Assembly (NCBI GenBank): GCA_964481735.1
Contig: CAYZWR010000005.1
Location: 1 to 61,905 of the forward strand
DNA from: an uncultured Thermoanaerobaculia bacterium
Lineage (GTDB): Bacteria; Acidobacteriota; Thermoanaerobaculia; Multivoradales; JAGPDF01
Reading direction: 5' to 3'
DNA length: 61,905 nt
Position numbers and translations under genes: made by a program. Positions 25,138-34,422 of the stretch are shown here, in pieces (within the stretch, counting starts at the first letter, position 1; each line of letters opens with the position of its first letter). The notes below the pieces were generated by a model. That model saw nothing but the letters and a program-made list of their open reading frames with translations, ran no database searches and was not told the origin of the DNA.

Positions 25138-27047
25138 TCCCGCTCGAGGTAGGTGTAGCCGGAGAGACCCTGCTCGTAGACGCGCAGCAGCTGCTTCGAC
25201 TCCTCCAGCGTGATCCGCTTGCAGCGCAGCGCGATCTCGGAGAAACGCCGGACGTTGGCGAGCAGATCCTCGCGGTCGTAGCTCACGTACTTGAGGACGT
25301 CCGCTACGGTGTCGCCGGTGAGCACGTGGTCGATGTGGTAGCCGCCCTCCTCGTTGAGGGTCACGTCGAGGGTGTTGGTGTCCCCGAAGAGATTGTGCAG
25401 GTCGCCGAGGATCTCCTGGTAGGCGCCGACGAGGAAGACACCGAGGTAGTAGTCCTCGTCGCCGACCGGGTGCAGCTCCAGGACCTGCTTGACGTCGCGC
25501 CGATCGATGAAGCGGTCGATCTTGCCGTCCGAGTCGCAGGTGATGTCGGCGAGGACGCCGCGGCGGGTCGGCTCCTCGGCCAGGCGGTGGATCGGCAAGA
25601 CGGGGAAGAGCTGCTCGATCGCCCAGGAGTCGGGCAGCGACTGGAAGACCGAGAAGTTGCAGAAATAGGTGTCGGCGAGCATGCGCTCGAGCCCCTCGAG
25701 CTCCTCCGGCGTCTCGGGCATCTCGCGGACCATGCGGAGGATCTTGAGCGACAGCGCCCAGAAGAGGTCCTCGGCGAGCACCCGTTCGGCGAGCGAGAGA
25801 TGGTTGAGGATGAACAGGCTGAGCACTTCGTCCCGGTAACCCACCGCGTCGTGATAGGCCTCGAGGAGGTTCTTGCGCGACACCTCGCGCAGCGTCTCGA
25901 AGAGATTGCGGATGGGCGCCGCGGTGCCGGGCGGCAGCGCCTCTGGGAGCTCGCCGACGGTGAACTCGCCCACCCCGAGGACGTCGAAGATCAGCACCGC
26001 GTGGTGGGCGACCAGCGCCCGGCCCGACTCCGAGACCAGCGTCGGGTGCGGAACTCCGGCGGCGTCACAGTGCTCCATCGTGCCGAAGACGATGTCGTTG
26101 GCGTACTCCTGCAGGGTGTAGTTCATCGACGAGGAGAAATTGGTCTGCGAGCCGTCGTAGTCCACGCCGAGGCCGCCGCCGACGTCGAGCAGCCCGAGCG
26201 GCGCGCCCAGCTTCGAGAGCTCGCAGTAGGTGCGCACCGCCTCGCGCAGAGCCTCCTTGACGTTGCGGATCGAGGAGATCTGGCTGCCGAGGTGGAAGTG
26301 CAGCAGTTGCAGCCGATCGAGCAGGTCGTGGTCGCGCAGGAAGCGGACGGCCTGGAACAGGCCGCGTGACCCGAGGCCGAACTTGGAGCGATCGCCGCCC
26401 GACGCCTCCCAGTGGCCCGCCCCGCGCGCCGTCAGGCGAGCTCGGATCCCGATCGCGGGCCGCACCCCGGTGCGTTCGGCGAGGCTCGCGATCAGCTCGA
26501 GCTCGGAGAACTTCTCGACCACCAGGATGATCCGGCGTCCGAGCTTCGAGCCGAGGAGCGCGGTCTCGATGTACTCCTCGTCCTTGTAGCCGTTGCAGAT
26601 GACCAGCGCCTCGTCGTCCTCCAGCATGCCGAGCACGGCGAGCAGCTCGGGCTTGGATCCAGCCTCGAGCCCGAAATGGTAGGGCTGGCCGGCGTGGAGC
26701 AGGCGCTCGACGACGAAGCGCTCCTGGTTGACCTTGATCGGGTAGACCCCGCGGTACTCGCCGCCGTAGCCGTACTCCCCGATGGCGCGGCGAAAAGCCT
26801 CGTTGAGCTCGACGACGCGCGCGCCGAGGATCTGGGAGAAGCGCAGCAGGAGTGGCGGGCTGATCCCGCGCTGACGAACCTCGTCGACCAGCTCCTTGAG
26901 GTCGAGCTTGACGGTTTCCGGGCCGCCGGGATGCACGACGAGGTTGCCGCGCTCGCTGACCGAGAAGAAGCGGTTTCCCCAGTGTCGGACGTTGAACAGA
27001 TCGAGCGCGTCCTCGATCGACCATCTGCGCAGCGGAAGGGTGGTCAA
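25134..27047 (-). CDS. speA: Biosynthetic arginine decarboxylase
   Basis: 637 aa with WSIEDALDLFNVRHWG N-terminus, YPIKVNQ (PLP Lys), LDVGGGLGVDYDG and CDSDG motifs. Confidence 0.95.
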   Translation of the reverse strand: MTTLPLRRWSIEDALDLFNVRHWGNRFFSVSERGNLVVHPGGPETVKLDLKELVDEVRQRGISPPLLLRFSQILGARVVELNEAFRRAIGEYGYGGEYRGVYPIKVNQERFVVERLLHAGQPYHFGLEAGSKPELLAVLGMLEDDEALVICNGYKDEEYIETALLGSKLGRRIILVVEKFSELELIASLAERTGVRPAIGIRARLTARGAGHWEASGGDRSKFGLGSRGLFQAVRFLRDHDLLDRLQLLHFHLGSQISSIRNVKEALREAVRTYCELSKLGAPLGLLDVGGGLGVDYDGSQTNFSSSMNYTLQEYANDIVFGTMEHCDAAGVPHPTLVSESGRALVAHHAVLIFDVLGVGEFTVGELPEALPPGTAAPIRNLFETLREVSRKNLLEAYHDAVGYRDEVLSLFILNHLSLAERVLAEDLFWALSLKILRMVREMPETPEELEGLERMLADTYFCNFSVFQSLPDSWAIEQLFPVLPIHRLAEEPTRRGVLADITCDSDGKIDRFIDRRDVKQVLELHPVGDEDYYLGVFLVGAYQEILGDLHNLFGDTNTLDVTLNEEGGYHIDHVLTGDTVADVLKYVSYDREDLLANVRRFSEIALRCKRITLEESKQLLRVYEQGLSGYTYLERE

Positions 27048-27123
27048 TTCATGGCTCCTCGGCGGCCGGGGACTCTAGCACCGAACGGGGAGCGGCGACC
27101 CGCGGCGAAAGCGCGGCCCCCGC

Positions 27124-28740
27124 TCAGGGCGCGGCGAGCTGATAGCTCACCTGGTTGCCTCCGGCGTCGAGCTTCAACGCCGCGGCGGAGTAGCGGTTGG
27201 TGGCGGCCGAGAAGACCGCGCGCAGCGGCTGGGTGCGCTGGTCGAGGTCGCGGATGATGTCGTCGAGGGCGCGCAGGCGGGTGGCTCCGGGCGCGAGATC
27301 GAACACCGTCGACCCGATGTAGGCGTCGGCGGCATCGAACAGGTCCAGGCGCACGGAGGCGTGGTCGGTGTCGAGATTCGCCACGGCGAGCGCGGCGGAA
27401 TCCCCCGACGCCAGGATCAGCGAGGAGATCTGCTGCGCCACCGAGGTCCAGTCCTCGAACCGGTGGACGGGGACGAGCGCACCGCCGGTGCTGCTGCCGG
27501 CGGGATGGATCATGGCGAAGGCTCCGAGGTCGCCGGTGGTTCCGGCCGGGAGGGCGTAGTAGGTCACTCGCAGCGCGCCGCGGGCCGCCGGGAGACCGAA
27601 GGCGTAGTGCGCCTGGGGCAACGACAGGCTGGAGTCACCGGCGAGATAGAAGCGGCGCGCGCCGGGCGGCTCGTCGTAGGAGATCTCCGCGAGCAGTTCG
27701 AGCTCGACGAGGGCGGGTGTAGGACCCCCGTTGAACAGATCGAGCTGGGTCTCGAGCCCGTCGTCGAGGGAGTCGTAGAAGGTGGGGAACTCCCCGACGG
27801 CGATCTCCCAGGCCGGCGTGCTGCCGCTCACCGTGACCTGAATCTGGGACACCGCGAAGGCACCCTCGGCCGTCCTGGCGCGCAGCGCGATGGAAAAAGT
27901 CCCCGGGGTGAGGAAGAGGTAGTCGGTGCCCAGGCCGGTCGCCGTGCTTCCCTCGGCCCAGCCGCCGTCGCCGAAAGTCCACTCGGAATGCACGAAGGTC
28001 GCGTTTCCGGTCAGGTCGAAGTGGGCGGGGATGCCGGCCGTGATCGTCGCGGGTCGCAGGATGGTGACGATGGGAGCCTCGAGGATCGGCAGCAGCGTCT
28101 CGAGGAAGAGCCCGGCGATCTGCTGGTAGCCGTCGCTGTTGGGATGCCCGACGGGATCCTCGACGTCGGGGTCGTAGTAGTAGTAGTTCTCGAAGAGGTC
28201 GGGCAGGCTCTCGAAGAGGGCGAAATTGTCGACCACGGCGCGATTGCGCAGTTCACTGAGCTCCCGCAGGCTCTCGGCGAGGGCGGAAGTGCGGGCGTTG
28301 TCGGCATCCACCGTCGCCTCGGGGATGCGCGGGATCACCGTCGCGTGGAGCGCGATCATGCCGAGCGCCTCGGCCCGTCCGGCCATCTCGTCGAGATTGA
28401 ATCGGATCGTCTCGATGCCCGTGCGGTGGGTGATGTCGTTCGTCCCTTCCATGAGGAGGAGGAAGTCGCCCCCTTCGGCGAGCACGTCGTCGATCCGCGA
28501 GAGTCCTTCGCCGGTGGTTTCGCCACCGACGCCATGGTTGAGCACCGTGGCGTCGTAGCCGTAGCCGTGCAGCCACTGCTGCAGCCGCCGGGGATAGCCG
28601 CCGCCTGGTCCCACGGTATCGCCGTACCCCTCGGTGATGCTGTCGCCGAAGGCGTGGAAGAGATACTCCTGGCCCGTGGCCGGCGCGGCGACGAGGAGCG
28701 CGGCGAGCGCGCACGGTGCCAGGAGGAGGAGTTTGCGCAT
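27124..28740 (-). CDS. Secreted SGNH/GDSL hydrolase with additional C-terminal beta-rich domains
   Basis: Signal peptide MRKLLLLAPCALAALLVAAPATG, block I FGDSITEGYG, block III MEGTNDI, and a block V-like HPNSDGY. An alternative start exists at 28767. Confidence 0.8.
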   Translation of the reverse strand: MRKLLLLAPCALAALLVAAPATGQEYLFHAFGDSITEGYGDTVGPGGGYPRRLQQWLHGYGYDATVLNHGVGGETTGEGLSRIDDVLAEGGDFLLLMEGTNDITHRTGIETIRFNLDEMAGRAEALGMIALHATVIPRIPEATVDADNARTSALAESLRELSELRNRAVVDNFALFESLPDLFENYYYYDPDVEDPVGHPNSDGYQQIAGLFLETLLPILEAPIVTILRPATITAGIPAHFDLTGNATFVHSEWTFGDGGWAEGSTATGLGTDYLFLTPGTFSIALRARTAEGAFAVSQIQVTVSGSTPAWEIAVGEFPTFYDSLDDGLETQLDLFNGGPTPALVELELLAEISYDEPPGARRFYLAGDSSLSLPQAHYAFGLPAARGALRVTYYALPAGTTGDLGAFAMIHPAGSSTGGALVPVHRFEDWTSVAQQISSLILASGDSAALAVANLDTDHASVRLDLFDAADAYIGSTVFDLAPGATRLRALDDIIRDLDQRTQPLRAVFSAATNRYSAAALKLDAGGNQVSYQLAAP

Positions 28741-28874
28741 GGAAGCGGGCAAGTGCCCGAAGCTCATTAGTGTAGGAAGGCGGCGCAGGAGTGTCAACGC
28801 AGCCCGCGCGGCGCGGGCTGTAGACTCCCCGCCAGCGAGGTGGGTTCTTGAGCGCAAGCGAACTGGAGGGCGGC

Positions 28875-29489
28875 ATGGCGGAGCGGATCCGCGCCGCGGT
28901 GGCGGAGGCGGAGGCGAGATCGGGCGGCGAGATCGTGCCGGTCCTGGTGGCGGCGAGCGACGACTACGAAGTCGCCACCTGGAAGGGCGCGGCGCTCGGC
29001 GGCCTGTTGGCCGAGGCTCTGGTCGCGGTCTGGGCGGGTGGATCCTGGCTGCTCGGCTCCGCCTGGCTGATCGCGTCGGGGGCCGCGGGAGCCCTCGGCG
29101 GGGCGCTCGCCGCGCTCGCCATCCCGGCGCTGCGGCGTGGTCTCGCCGGCCAAGCGCGGCTCCAACGCCGGGTGGAGCAGCGAGCGAGCGAGTGTTTCGT
29201 GGCGCACGAGGTCTTTCGCACGCGCGAACGGACGGGCATTCTCATCCTCGTCTCGCGCTTCGAGCGCCGCGTCGCGGTGCTCGCCGACGAGGGGATCCGC
29301 TCCCGGGTCCCGGATTCGACCTGGGCGTCGCTCGCTGCCGAGATCGCCGGGAAAGTGCGGCGGGAGGGCGCCGGCCCGGCGCTGCTCGCCGCAGTGCGGA
29401 GCGCGGGCGACCTGCTCGCGGCGCTGGGTCCGCCCCGACGGGCCGACGATCGCAACGAGCTGCCGGACCCGCCTCGGTTCGCGCCCTGA
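28875..29489 (+). CDS. TPM (TLP18.3/Psb32/MOLO-1) domain protein with an internal membrane segment
   Basis: ATG at 28875, 4 nt after GGAGGG. IRAAVAEAEARSGGEIVPVLVAASDDY and RTGILILVSRFERRVAVLADEGI match the TPM/DUF477 pattern. Confidence 0.7.
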   Translation: MAERIRAAVAEAEARSGGEIVPVLVAASDDYEVATWKGAALGGLLAEALVAVWAGGSWLLGSAWLIASGAAGALGGALAALAIPALRRGLAGQARLQRRVEQRASECFVAHEVFRTRERTGILILVSRFERRVAVLADEGIRSRVPDSTWASLAAEIAGKVRREGAGPALLAAVRSAGDLLAALGPPRRADDRNELPDPPRFAP

Positions 29490-29535
29490 ATGGGATGTTA
29501 AGCTGCCACGGATTACTCGACAGGAGCCGATCGTC

Positions 29536-30306
29536 ATGAACCAGCCCGTTCCCCCTCCGCCGGACGCCCCCGCGACCAAGAAAGGAATGTCGACCCTCGT
29601 CAAGGTGCTGCTCGGGTGCGGCGTGCTCGTCGTGCTCGGCATCGGAAGCTGCTTCGTCGTCACTGGCTACTTCGTCAAGAAGGGCGTCGGCAAGCTCGAG
29701 TCGTTCGCCAAGGACCTCGAGTCGAATCCCGACGCCGCGGCGGTCAAGGCGGCGGAGATGGCGCTGCGGCTCAATCCCGAGGTCGACGTGATCTCGTCCG
29801 ATCCCGCCCAGGGGATCATCACCGTGCGCGAGAAGGCGACCGGCAAGGAGATCACCTTCGATCTGGAGGACATCAAGGCCGGCAAGTTCAGTATCCGCTC
29901 GGGCGACGAGGAAGCGGCGATCGACATCGACGCCAACTCCGAGTCGGCGCAGATGAAGGTGGTCACCAAGGACGGGACGGCGCGCCTCGGCACCGGACAG
30001 GAGGTCCCCGAATGGCTGCCGACCTACCCGGGCGGGCGCAGCGAGGGCATCGCCGCGATCGAGTCGCGCGGCGAGAAGAGCGGTTCCTTCACCCTGCGCA
30101 CCGCGGACCCGATCGACACGGTGCTGGCCTACTACGAGCAGAAGCTCCAGGCCATGGGGTTCGAGGTGCACCGCGCGGCGCTCAACTTCAACGGCGCGCC
30201 CAGCGGAACCCTGACCGCGACCTCGGAGCGACGCAACGTCAACATCACGGCGGCCGCGCAAGAGGGCGAAACGCAGGCGCTGGTGAGCTACGGCGAGAAG
30301 CTCTGA
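29536..30306 (+). CDS. Hypothetical membrane-anchored protein (256 aa)
   Basis: ATG 9 nt after AGGAG. N-terminal TM helix LVKVLLGCGVLVVLGIGSCFVVTGYF. The soluble domain contains WLPTYPGG...YYEQKLQAMGF. I recognise no family. Confidence 0.6.
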   Translation: MNQPVPPPPDAPATKKGMSTLVKVLLGCGVLVVLGIGSCFVVTGYFVKKGVGKLESFAKDLESNPDAAAVKAAEMALRLNPEVDVISSDPAQGIITVREKATGKEITFDLEDIKAGKFSIRSGDEEAAIDIDANSESAQMKVVTKDGTARLGTGQEVPEWLPTYPGGRSEGIAAIESRGEKSGSFTLRTADPIDTVLAYYEQKLQAMGFEVHRAALNFNGAPSGTLTATSERRNVNITAAAQEGETQALVSYGEKL

Positions 30307-30372
30307 GCCGTCGCGTCCGTTGAGCCGAGCGACCGTCAGCAAAGCTCACCGAGCGGGCGACCGAGGGGAGTC

Positions 30373-31251
30373 GTGAGCCTCTTCCGTCGGCAGGTCACCG
30401 GATCGGTGGTCTGCGTCTCGTGTGGCCGCCTGGTCGGGGTGCGCGACGAGCGCTGCTTCCACTGCGGCCGGCGCAACCCGGCGCTCTGGGGGTACGCGCC
30501 GGCTCTGCGCATGCTGGGCGCCGATCTCGGCTTCGTCAAGCTGCTGATCGGAGGCTGCGCCCTGCTCTACCTCGTCGCGCTGCTGCTCAGTCCGGGAGCG
30601 CTCCAGCCCCGCGGCCTCATGCAGTTGTTCGCGCCGAGCTCGCGGACCCTCTTCCTGCTCGGCGCGAGCGGCCCGCTGCCGGTCTTCGGATTGGGCCACT
30701 TCTGGACGGTGCTGTCGGCGGGCTGGCTCCACGGCAGCCTGCTGCACATCCTCTTCAACATGATGTGGGTGCGGCAGCTCGCGGCGCCGGTCGCCGACCT
30801 CTACGGCGCGGGTCGCATGGTGCTGATCTGGACCGCGGCCTCGGTGGTGGGTTTCGCGATGAGCTCGGCGGCGGGCGCCTTCCTGCCCGCTCTGCCGCTG
30901 ATCGGATCGCACGCCGCGTTCACCGTGGGCGCCTCGGCCTCGATCTTCGGGCTGCTCGGCGCGCTGGTGTTCTACGGCCGGCGCAGCGGGCAGCGCGCGA
31001 TGCGCGATCAGGTCTGGGGTTGGGCGGTGGTGATGTTCCTCTTCGGTCTGATCATGCCCGGAGTCGACAACTGGGCGCACTTCGGAGGCTTCGTGGGCGG
31101 TTACGTGGCGGCGCGCCTCCTCGACCCGCTGCAGCCGGAACGCCTGCAGCACCTGCTGCTCGCCCTGATCTGTCTCGCCGCGACCTTCGGTTCGATCGTC
31201 CTCTCGCTGGTGACGGGCACGCGAATCCTCTCGGCGCTCGAGGGCGGATGA
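30373..31251 (+). CDS. Rhomboid-family intramembrane serine protease with an N-terminal zinc ribbon
   Basis: CVSCGRLVGVRDERCFHCGRRNP (CxxC...CxxC), the catalytic GASASIFG (GxSG) and a WAHFGGFVGG His helix. Confidence 0.85.
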   Translation: MSLFRRQVTGSVVCVSCGRLVGVRDERCFHCGRRNPALWGYAPALRMLGADLGFVKLLIGGCALLYLVALLLSPGALQPRGLMQLFAPSSRTLFLLGASGPLPVFGLGHFWTVLSAGWLHGSLLHILFNMMWVRQLAAPVADLYGAGRMVLIWTAASVVGFAMSSAAGAFLPALPLIGSHAAFTVGASASIFGLLGALVFYGRRSGQRAMRDQVWGWAVVMFLFGLIMPGVDNWAHFGGFVGGYVAARLLDPLQPERLQHLLLALICLAATFGSIVLSLVTGTRILSALEGG

Positions 31252-33095
31252 GCGAGGCGAAGCGGCGCAAGATCCGGCTCGACGCCGCCTGGCGGGAAGC
31301 GCGCGAGCTGATCTGGCGCCAGCGCGGCAGGCTCGGTCTCGCTTTCGCGGTGATGCTGGTCGGTCGGCTCGCCGGACTGGTCCTGCCCGCCTCGTCCAAG
31401 TTCCTGATCGACGACGTGCTGGGCCAGGGAAGGCGGGAACTGCTCGTGCCGCTCGCGTTGGCGGCGGGTTTCGCGACCCTCGTCCAGGCGGCGACCGGCT
31501 TCGCCCTGGCAAACCTCCTCGGGATCGCAGCGCAGGGGCAGATCGCCGCGATGCGCAAGCGTCTGCACGGGCACATTCTCCGGCTGCCGACGCGCTACTT
31601 CGACACCACCAAGAGCGGCGAGCTGATCTCGCGGGTGATGAACGACGCGGAGGGGATCCGCAACCTGGTGGGCACGGGGCTGGTCCAGCTCTGCGGGGGC
31701 CTGCTCACCGCGGTGCTGGCGCTCGGCGTCCTGTTCTGGCTCAACTGGCGACTCACCTCGGCGATTCTCGGGGTGCTGCTGCTCTTCGGCCTGATGCTCG
31801 CCTTTGCGTTCCGGCGCCTGCGGCCGATCTTCCGGGAGCGCAACAAGATCCAGGCCGAGATCACGGGCCGGCTCGGAGAGTCACTCGGCGGCGTGCGGAT
31901 CGTCAAGGCATACACGGCCGAGCGGCTGGAGGGGGAGGTCTTCGGGCGCGGTATCGATCGCCTGTTCGCCAACATCCGGACGACGATGACCGGTATCGCG
32001 GGCGTCACGGCGCTCTCGACGGCGCTCCTCGGGGTGGTCGGCGTGATCATGATGACGATCGGCGGGCGTTCGATCCTCGCCGGGTCGATGACCCTCGGCG
32101 ATTTCGTGATGTACATCTTCTTCAGCGGCCTGCTGGTCGCGCCGGTGGCGGAGATCGCCTCGATCGGCACGCAGCTGACCGAGGCGTTCGCCGGTCTCGA
32201 CCGGATCCGCGAGATCTTCGGCCAGGCGACCGAGGACGACGAGGATCAGAGCCGGGAGCCGGTGGGGGAGTTGCGCGGCGAGGTGGTCTGCGAGGGAGTG
32301 GACTTCGCCTACGAGGCGGACGCACCGGTGCTGCGCGGCGTCTCCTTCGCCGCACCGGCCGGTTCGACCACCGCGCTGGTGGGCTCCTCGGGCTCCGGCA
32401 AGAGCACGCTGATCGGCCTGCTGATGGCCTTCCACCGCCCGCAGCGGGGTCGCATCCTGGTCGACGGACGGGACCTGGCCTCCTTGCGGCTGACCGACTA
32501 TCGACGCCACCTCGGAGCGGTCTTCCAGGAGAACTTCCTGTTCGACGGCACGATCGCGGAGAACATCGCCTATTCCCGCCCGGCGGCCAGCCGCGAGGAG
32601 ATCGAAGCCGCGGCGCGCGTGGCGCACTGCGACGAGTTCGTGGCGCGCTTCGAGCAGGGCCTCGACACGGTGGTGGGGGAGCGTGGCGTCAAGCTCTCCG
32701 GGGGTCAGCGCCAGCGGGTGGCGATCGCGCGCGCCATCCTCGCCGACCCGACGATCCTGATCCTCGACGAGGCGACCTCGAGCCTGGACAGCGACAGCGA
32801 GGCGATGATCCAGGACGGGCTCGGCCGCCTGCGCGCCGGGCGCACGACCTTCGTGATCGCGCATCGCCTGTCGACCATCCGCGCCGCCGACCAGATCCTG
32901 GTGATCGAAGGGGGCGAGATCGTGGAGCGCGGCCGGCACGACGAGCTGCTCGCGCTCGGCGGCCGCTATCGCCAACTGCACGACCGGCAGCTCGGCCTGG
33001 AAGCCGATCGCTTCCTGAATCCCGGCGAGGACTTCACGCCGGTCGAGCCGGCCGCCGGCGCCGTTCCTCCGGTCACGCCAGCGACCCGCCTCTGA
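31248..33095 (+). CDS. ABC transporter, fused permease/ATPase (MsbA-like exporter)
   Basis: Start overlaps the rhomboid stop (ATGA). Six-TM N-terminal domain, Walker A GSSGSGKST, signature LSGGQRQR and Walker B ILILDEATS. Confidence 0.9.
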   Translation: MSEAKRRKIRLDAAWREARELIWRQRGRLGLAFAVMLVGRLAGLVLPASSKFLIDDVLGQGRRELLVPLALAAGFATLVQAATGFALANLLGIAAQGQIAAMRKRLHGHILRLPTRYFDTTKSGELISRVMNDAEGIRNLVGTGLVQLCGGLLTAVLALGVLFWLNWRLTSAILGVLLLFGLMLAFAFRRLRPIFRERNKIQAEITGRLGESLGGVRIVKAYTAERLEGEVFGRGIDRLFANIRTTMTGIAGVTALSTALLGVVGVIMMTIGGRSILAGSMTLGDFVMYIFFSGLLVAPVAEIASIGTQLTEAFAGLDRIREIFGQATEDDEDQSREPVGELRGEVVCEGVDFAYEADAPVLRGVSFAAPAGSTTALVGSSGSGKSTLIGLLMAFHRPQRGRILVDGRDLASLRLTDYRRHLGAVFQENFLFDGTIAENIAYSRPAASREEIEAAARVAHCDEFVARFEQGLDTVVGERGVKLSGGQRQRVAIARAILADPTILILDEATSSLDSDSEAMIQDGLGRLRAGRTTFVIAHRLSTIRAADQILVIEGGEIVERGRHDELLALGGRYRQLHDRQLGLEADRFLNPGEDFTPVEPAAGAVPPVTPATRL

Positions 33096-33138
33096 GCGGC
33101 CGGCCGCCTTCCCGGGCGAGGTAGACTCCGAGTCCGAC

Positions 33139-34422
33139 ATGCGATCTACCGTTTGGTCCGCCCTCGTCGGCGCTCTCGCGCTCGCCGGAACCCTCCCTGC
33201 GCAGGATGGGCGCGGGGCCCTGGCCCTCGAAGTCCAGGTCGAGGACGCCAAGGGGAAGAACGTCGTCGGCGCCGAGGTGAGATTGGTCTACCTCGCGCCC
33301 GAGGGCGGCGCCCTGCCTTCGGTGCTCACCGATGCGCGCGGGCAGGTGACCGTGGGAGGGCTGTCGGCTGGCCGCTGGACGGTCGAAGTCCGCCACGCCG
33401 GGCACATGACCTACCTCGCCGAGCTGGCGCTGGCGGGCGACGCCAAGCCGGAAGTCCTCGCGGCTTCGCAGCAGATGGCGCCGGGGGCGAGCTCGACGCT
33501 CAAGGTCCGCTTCGCCCGCGGGCGCGCGGAGCGAGCCGTTCCCGCGCAGCGCCGGGAGCCGGTCGCCCCAGCCGCCGAGCCGGCACCACCGCCGGTGCGC
33601 CGTGCTCCGCCGGCCGCCGAGCCGCAGGCGGCGCCAGCGCCGGTCGTGGTCCAGCCGCCGCCGGCGAAGCCAGCGCCGGCGCCACCCTCTCCGACGCCAG
33701 CTCCCGAAGCGGTGCGCGTCCCACTCCAGCCGAAGGAGCCGCCCGTGACGTCTGCACCGAGGCCGGTCGTTGCGGCTCCGCCGCCGGCCGAGCCGGCGCC
33801 CGCGACGGCGCCGGTCGCCCCACCGGTCGCGCCGCCGCTCGCGGCGCCGTCGGAACCGCCGGCGCCACCATCGGCGGCGTCAGGCAGGTCCGAGACTCCC
33901 CAGGCGATTCCGGCGACCCCGCCAGAGGTCGTTCCTCCGGCGCCGGTGACGCCGCTTCCCGAGCCCGTGGCGGTGCCCCAGCCGGCGCCCCTGCCTGCAG
34001 CCCGGCCGCGCGTCTGCGTCGAGTGTCCTCCCGGCGAATCGGCCGCCTGGGGCGAGGCGACGATCTCGGTGGGCAGCGCGGAGGGCTGCCCGGGCGATCT
34101 CGCGGCGCGCCTCGCCGCGGTGCCGCTCGACGGAGTGGATGAGCTCGCAGCCGGCGTCGGCGGCGGGTGCCGGGTCGTGCAGGTCGCACTCCCCGCCGGC
34201 GCGCGCTACACCGGCTTCCGTTTCGAGGCGCAGAGCGCGAGCGTCACCGCGGACTGCCTGCCGGGCCGGGAATGCCCGGCCGGAGGCTGCAGGTTCCCCT
34301 TCGCGCCGGTGGTGCGGCGCGTGGGCCAGCGGACCGTGCTGCTCGCGGCGTTCGCGAGCGCCGCGAGCGAGCCGCGCCGGGCGCTGGTCGTGGGCTATTC
34401 GACCTACGACAAGAGGCGCTAG
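33139..34422 (+). CDS. Secreted protein: CarboxypepD_reg-like Ig domain, ~170-aa Pro/Ala-rich linker, Cys-rich C-terminal domain
   Basis: Signal peptide MRSTVWSALVGALALAGTLPAQ. GAEVRLVY...TDARGQVTVGGLSAGRWTVEV is typical of carboxypeptidase-regulatory-like domains. A long PAPAPP low-complexity stretch follows, and the last 140 aa contain 8 Cys. Confidence 0.6.
   Translation: MRSTVWSALVGALALAGTLPAQDGRGALALEVQVEDAKGKNVVGAEVRLVYLAPEGGALPSVLTDARGQVTVGGLSAGRWTVEVRHAGHMTYLAELALAGDAKPEVLAASQQMAPGASSTLKVRFARGRAERAVPAQRREPVAPAAEPAPPPVRRAPPAAEPQAAPAPVVVQPPPAKPAPAPPSPTPAPEAVRVPLQPKEPPVTSAPRPVVAAPPPAEPAPATAPVAPPVAPPLAAPSEPPAPPSAASGRSETPQAIPATPPEVVPPAPVTPLPEPVAVPQPAPLPAARPRVCVECPPGESAAWGEATISVGSAEGCPGDLAARLAAVPLDGVDELAAGVGGGCRVVQVALPAGARYTGFRFEAQSASVTADCLPGRECPAGGCRFPFAPVVRRVGQRTVLLAAFASAASEPRRALVVGYSTYDKRR

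Noticed and set aside
28800-28820. GC-rich palindrome CAGCCCGCGCGGCGCGGGCTG in the divergent region between the SGNH and TPM genes, as a possible operator or repeat element
   Set aside because: It is a single occurrence and I found no second copy in the window. It sits directly against a TAGACT -10-like box, so it may simply be a promoter-proximal hairpin. The evidence is insufficient to call a regulatory site.
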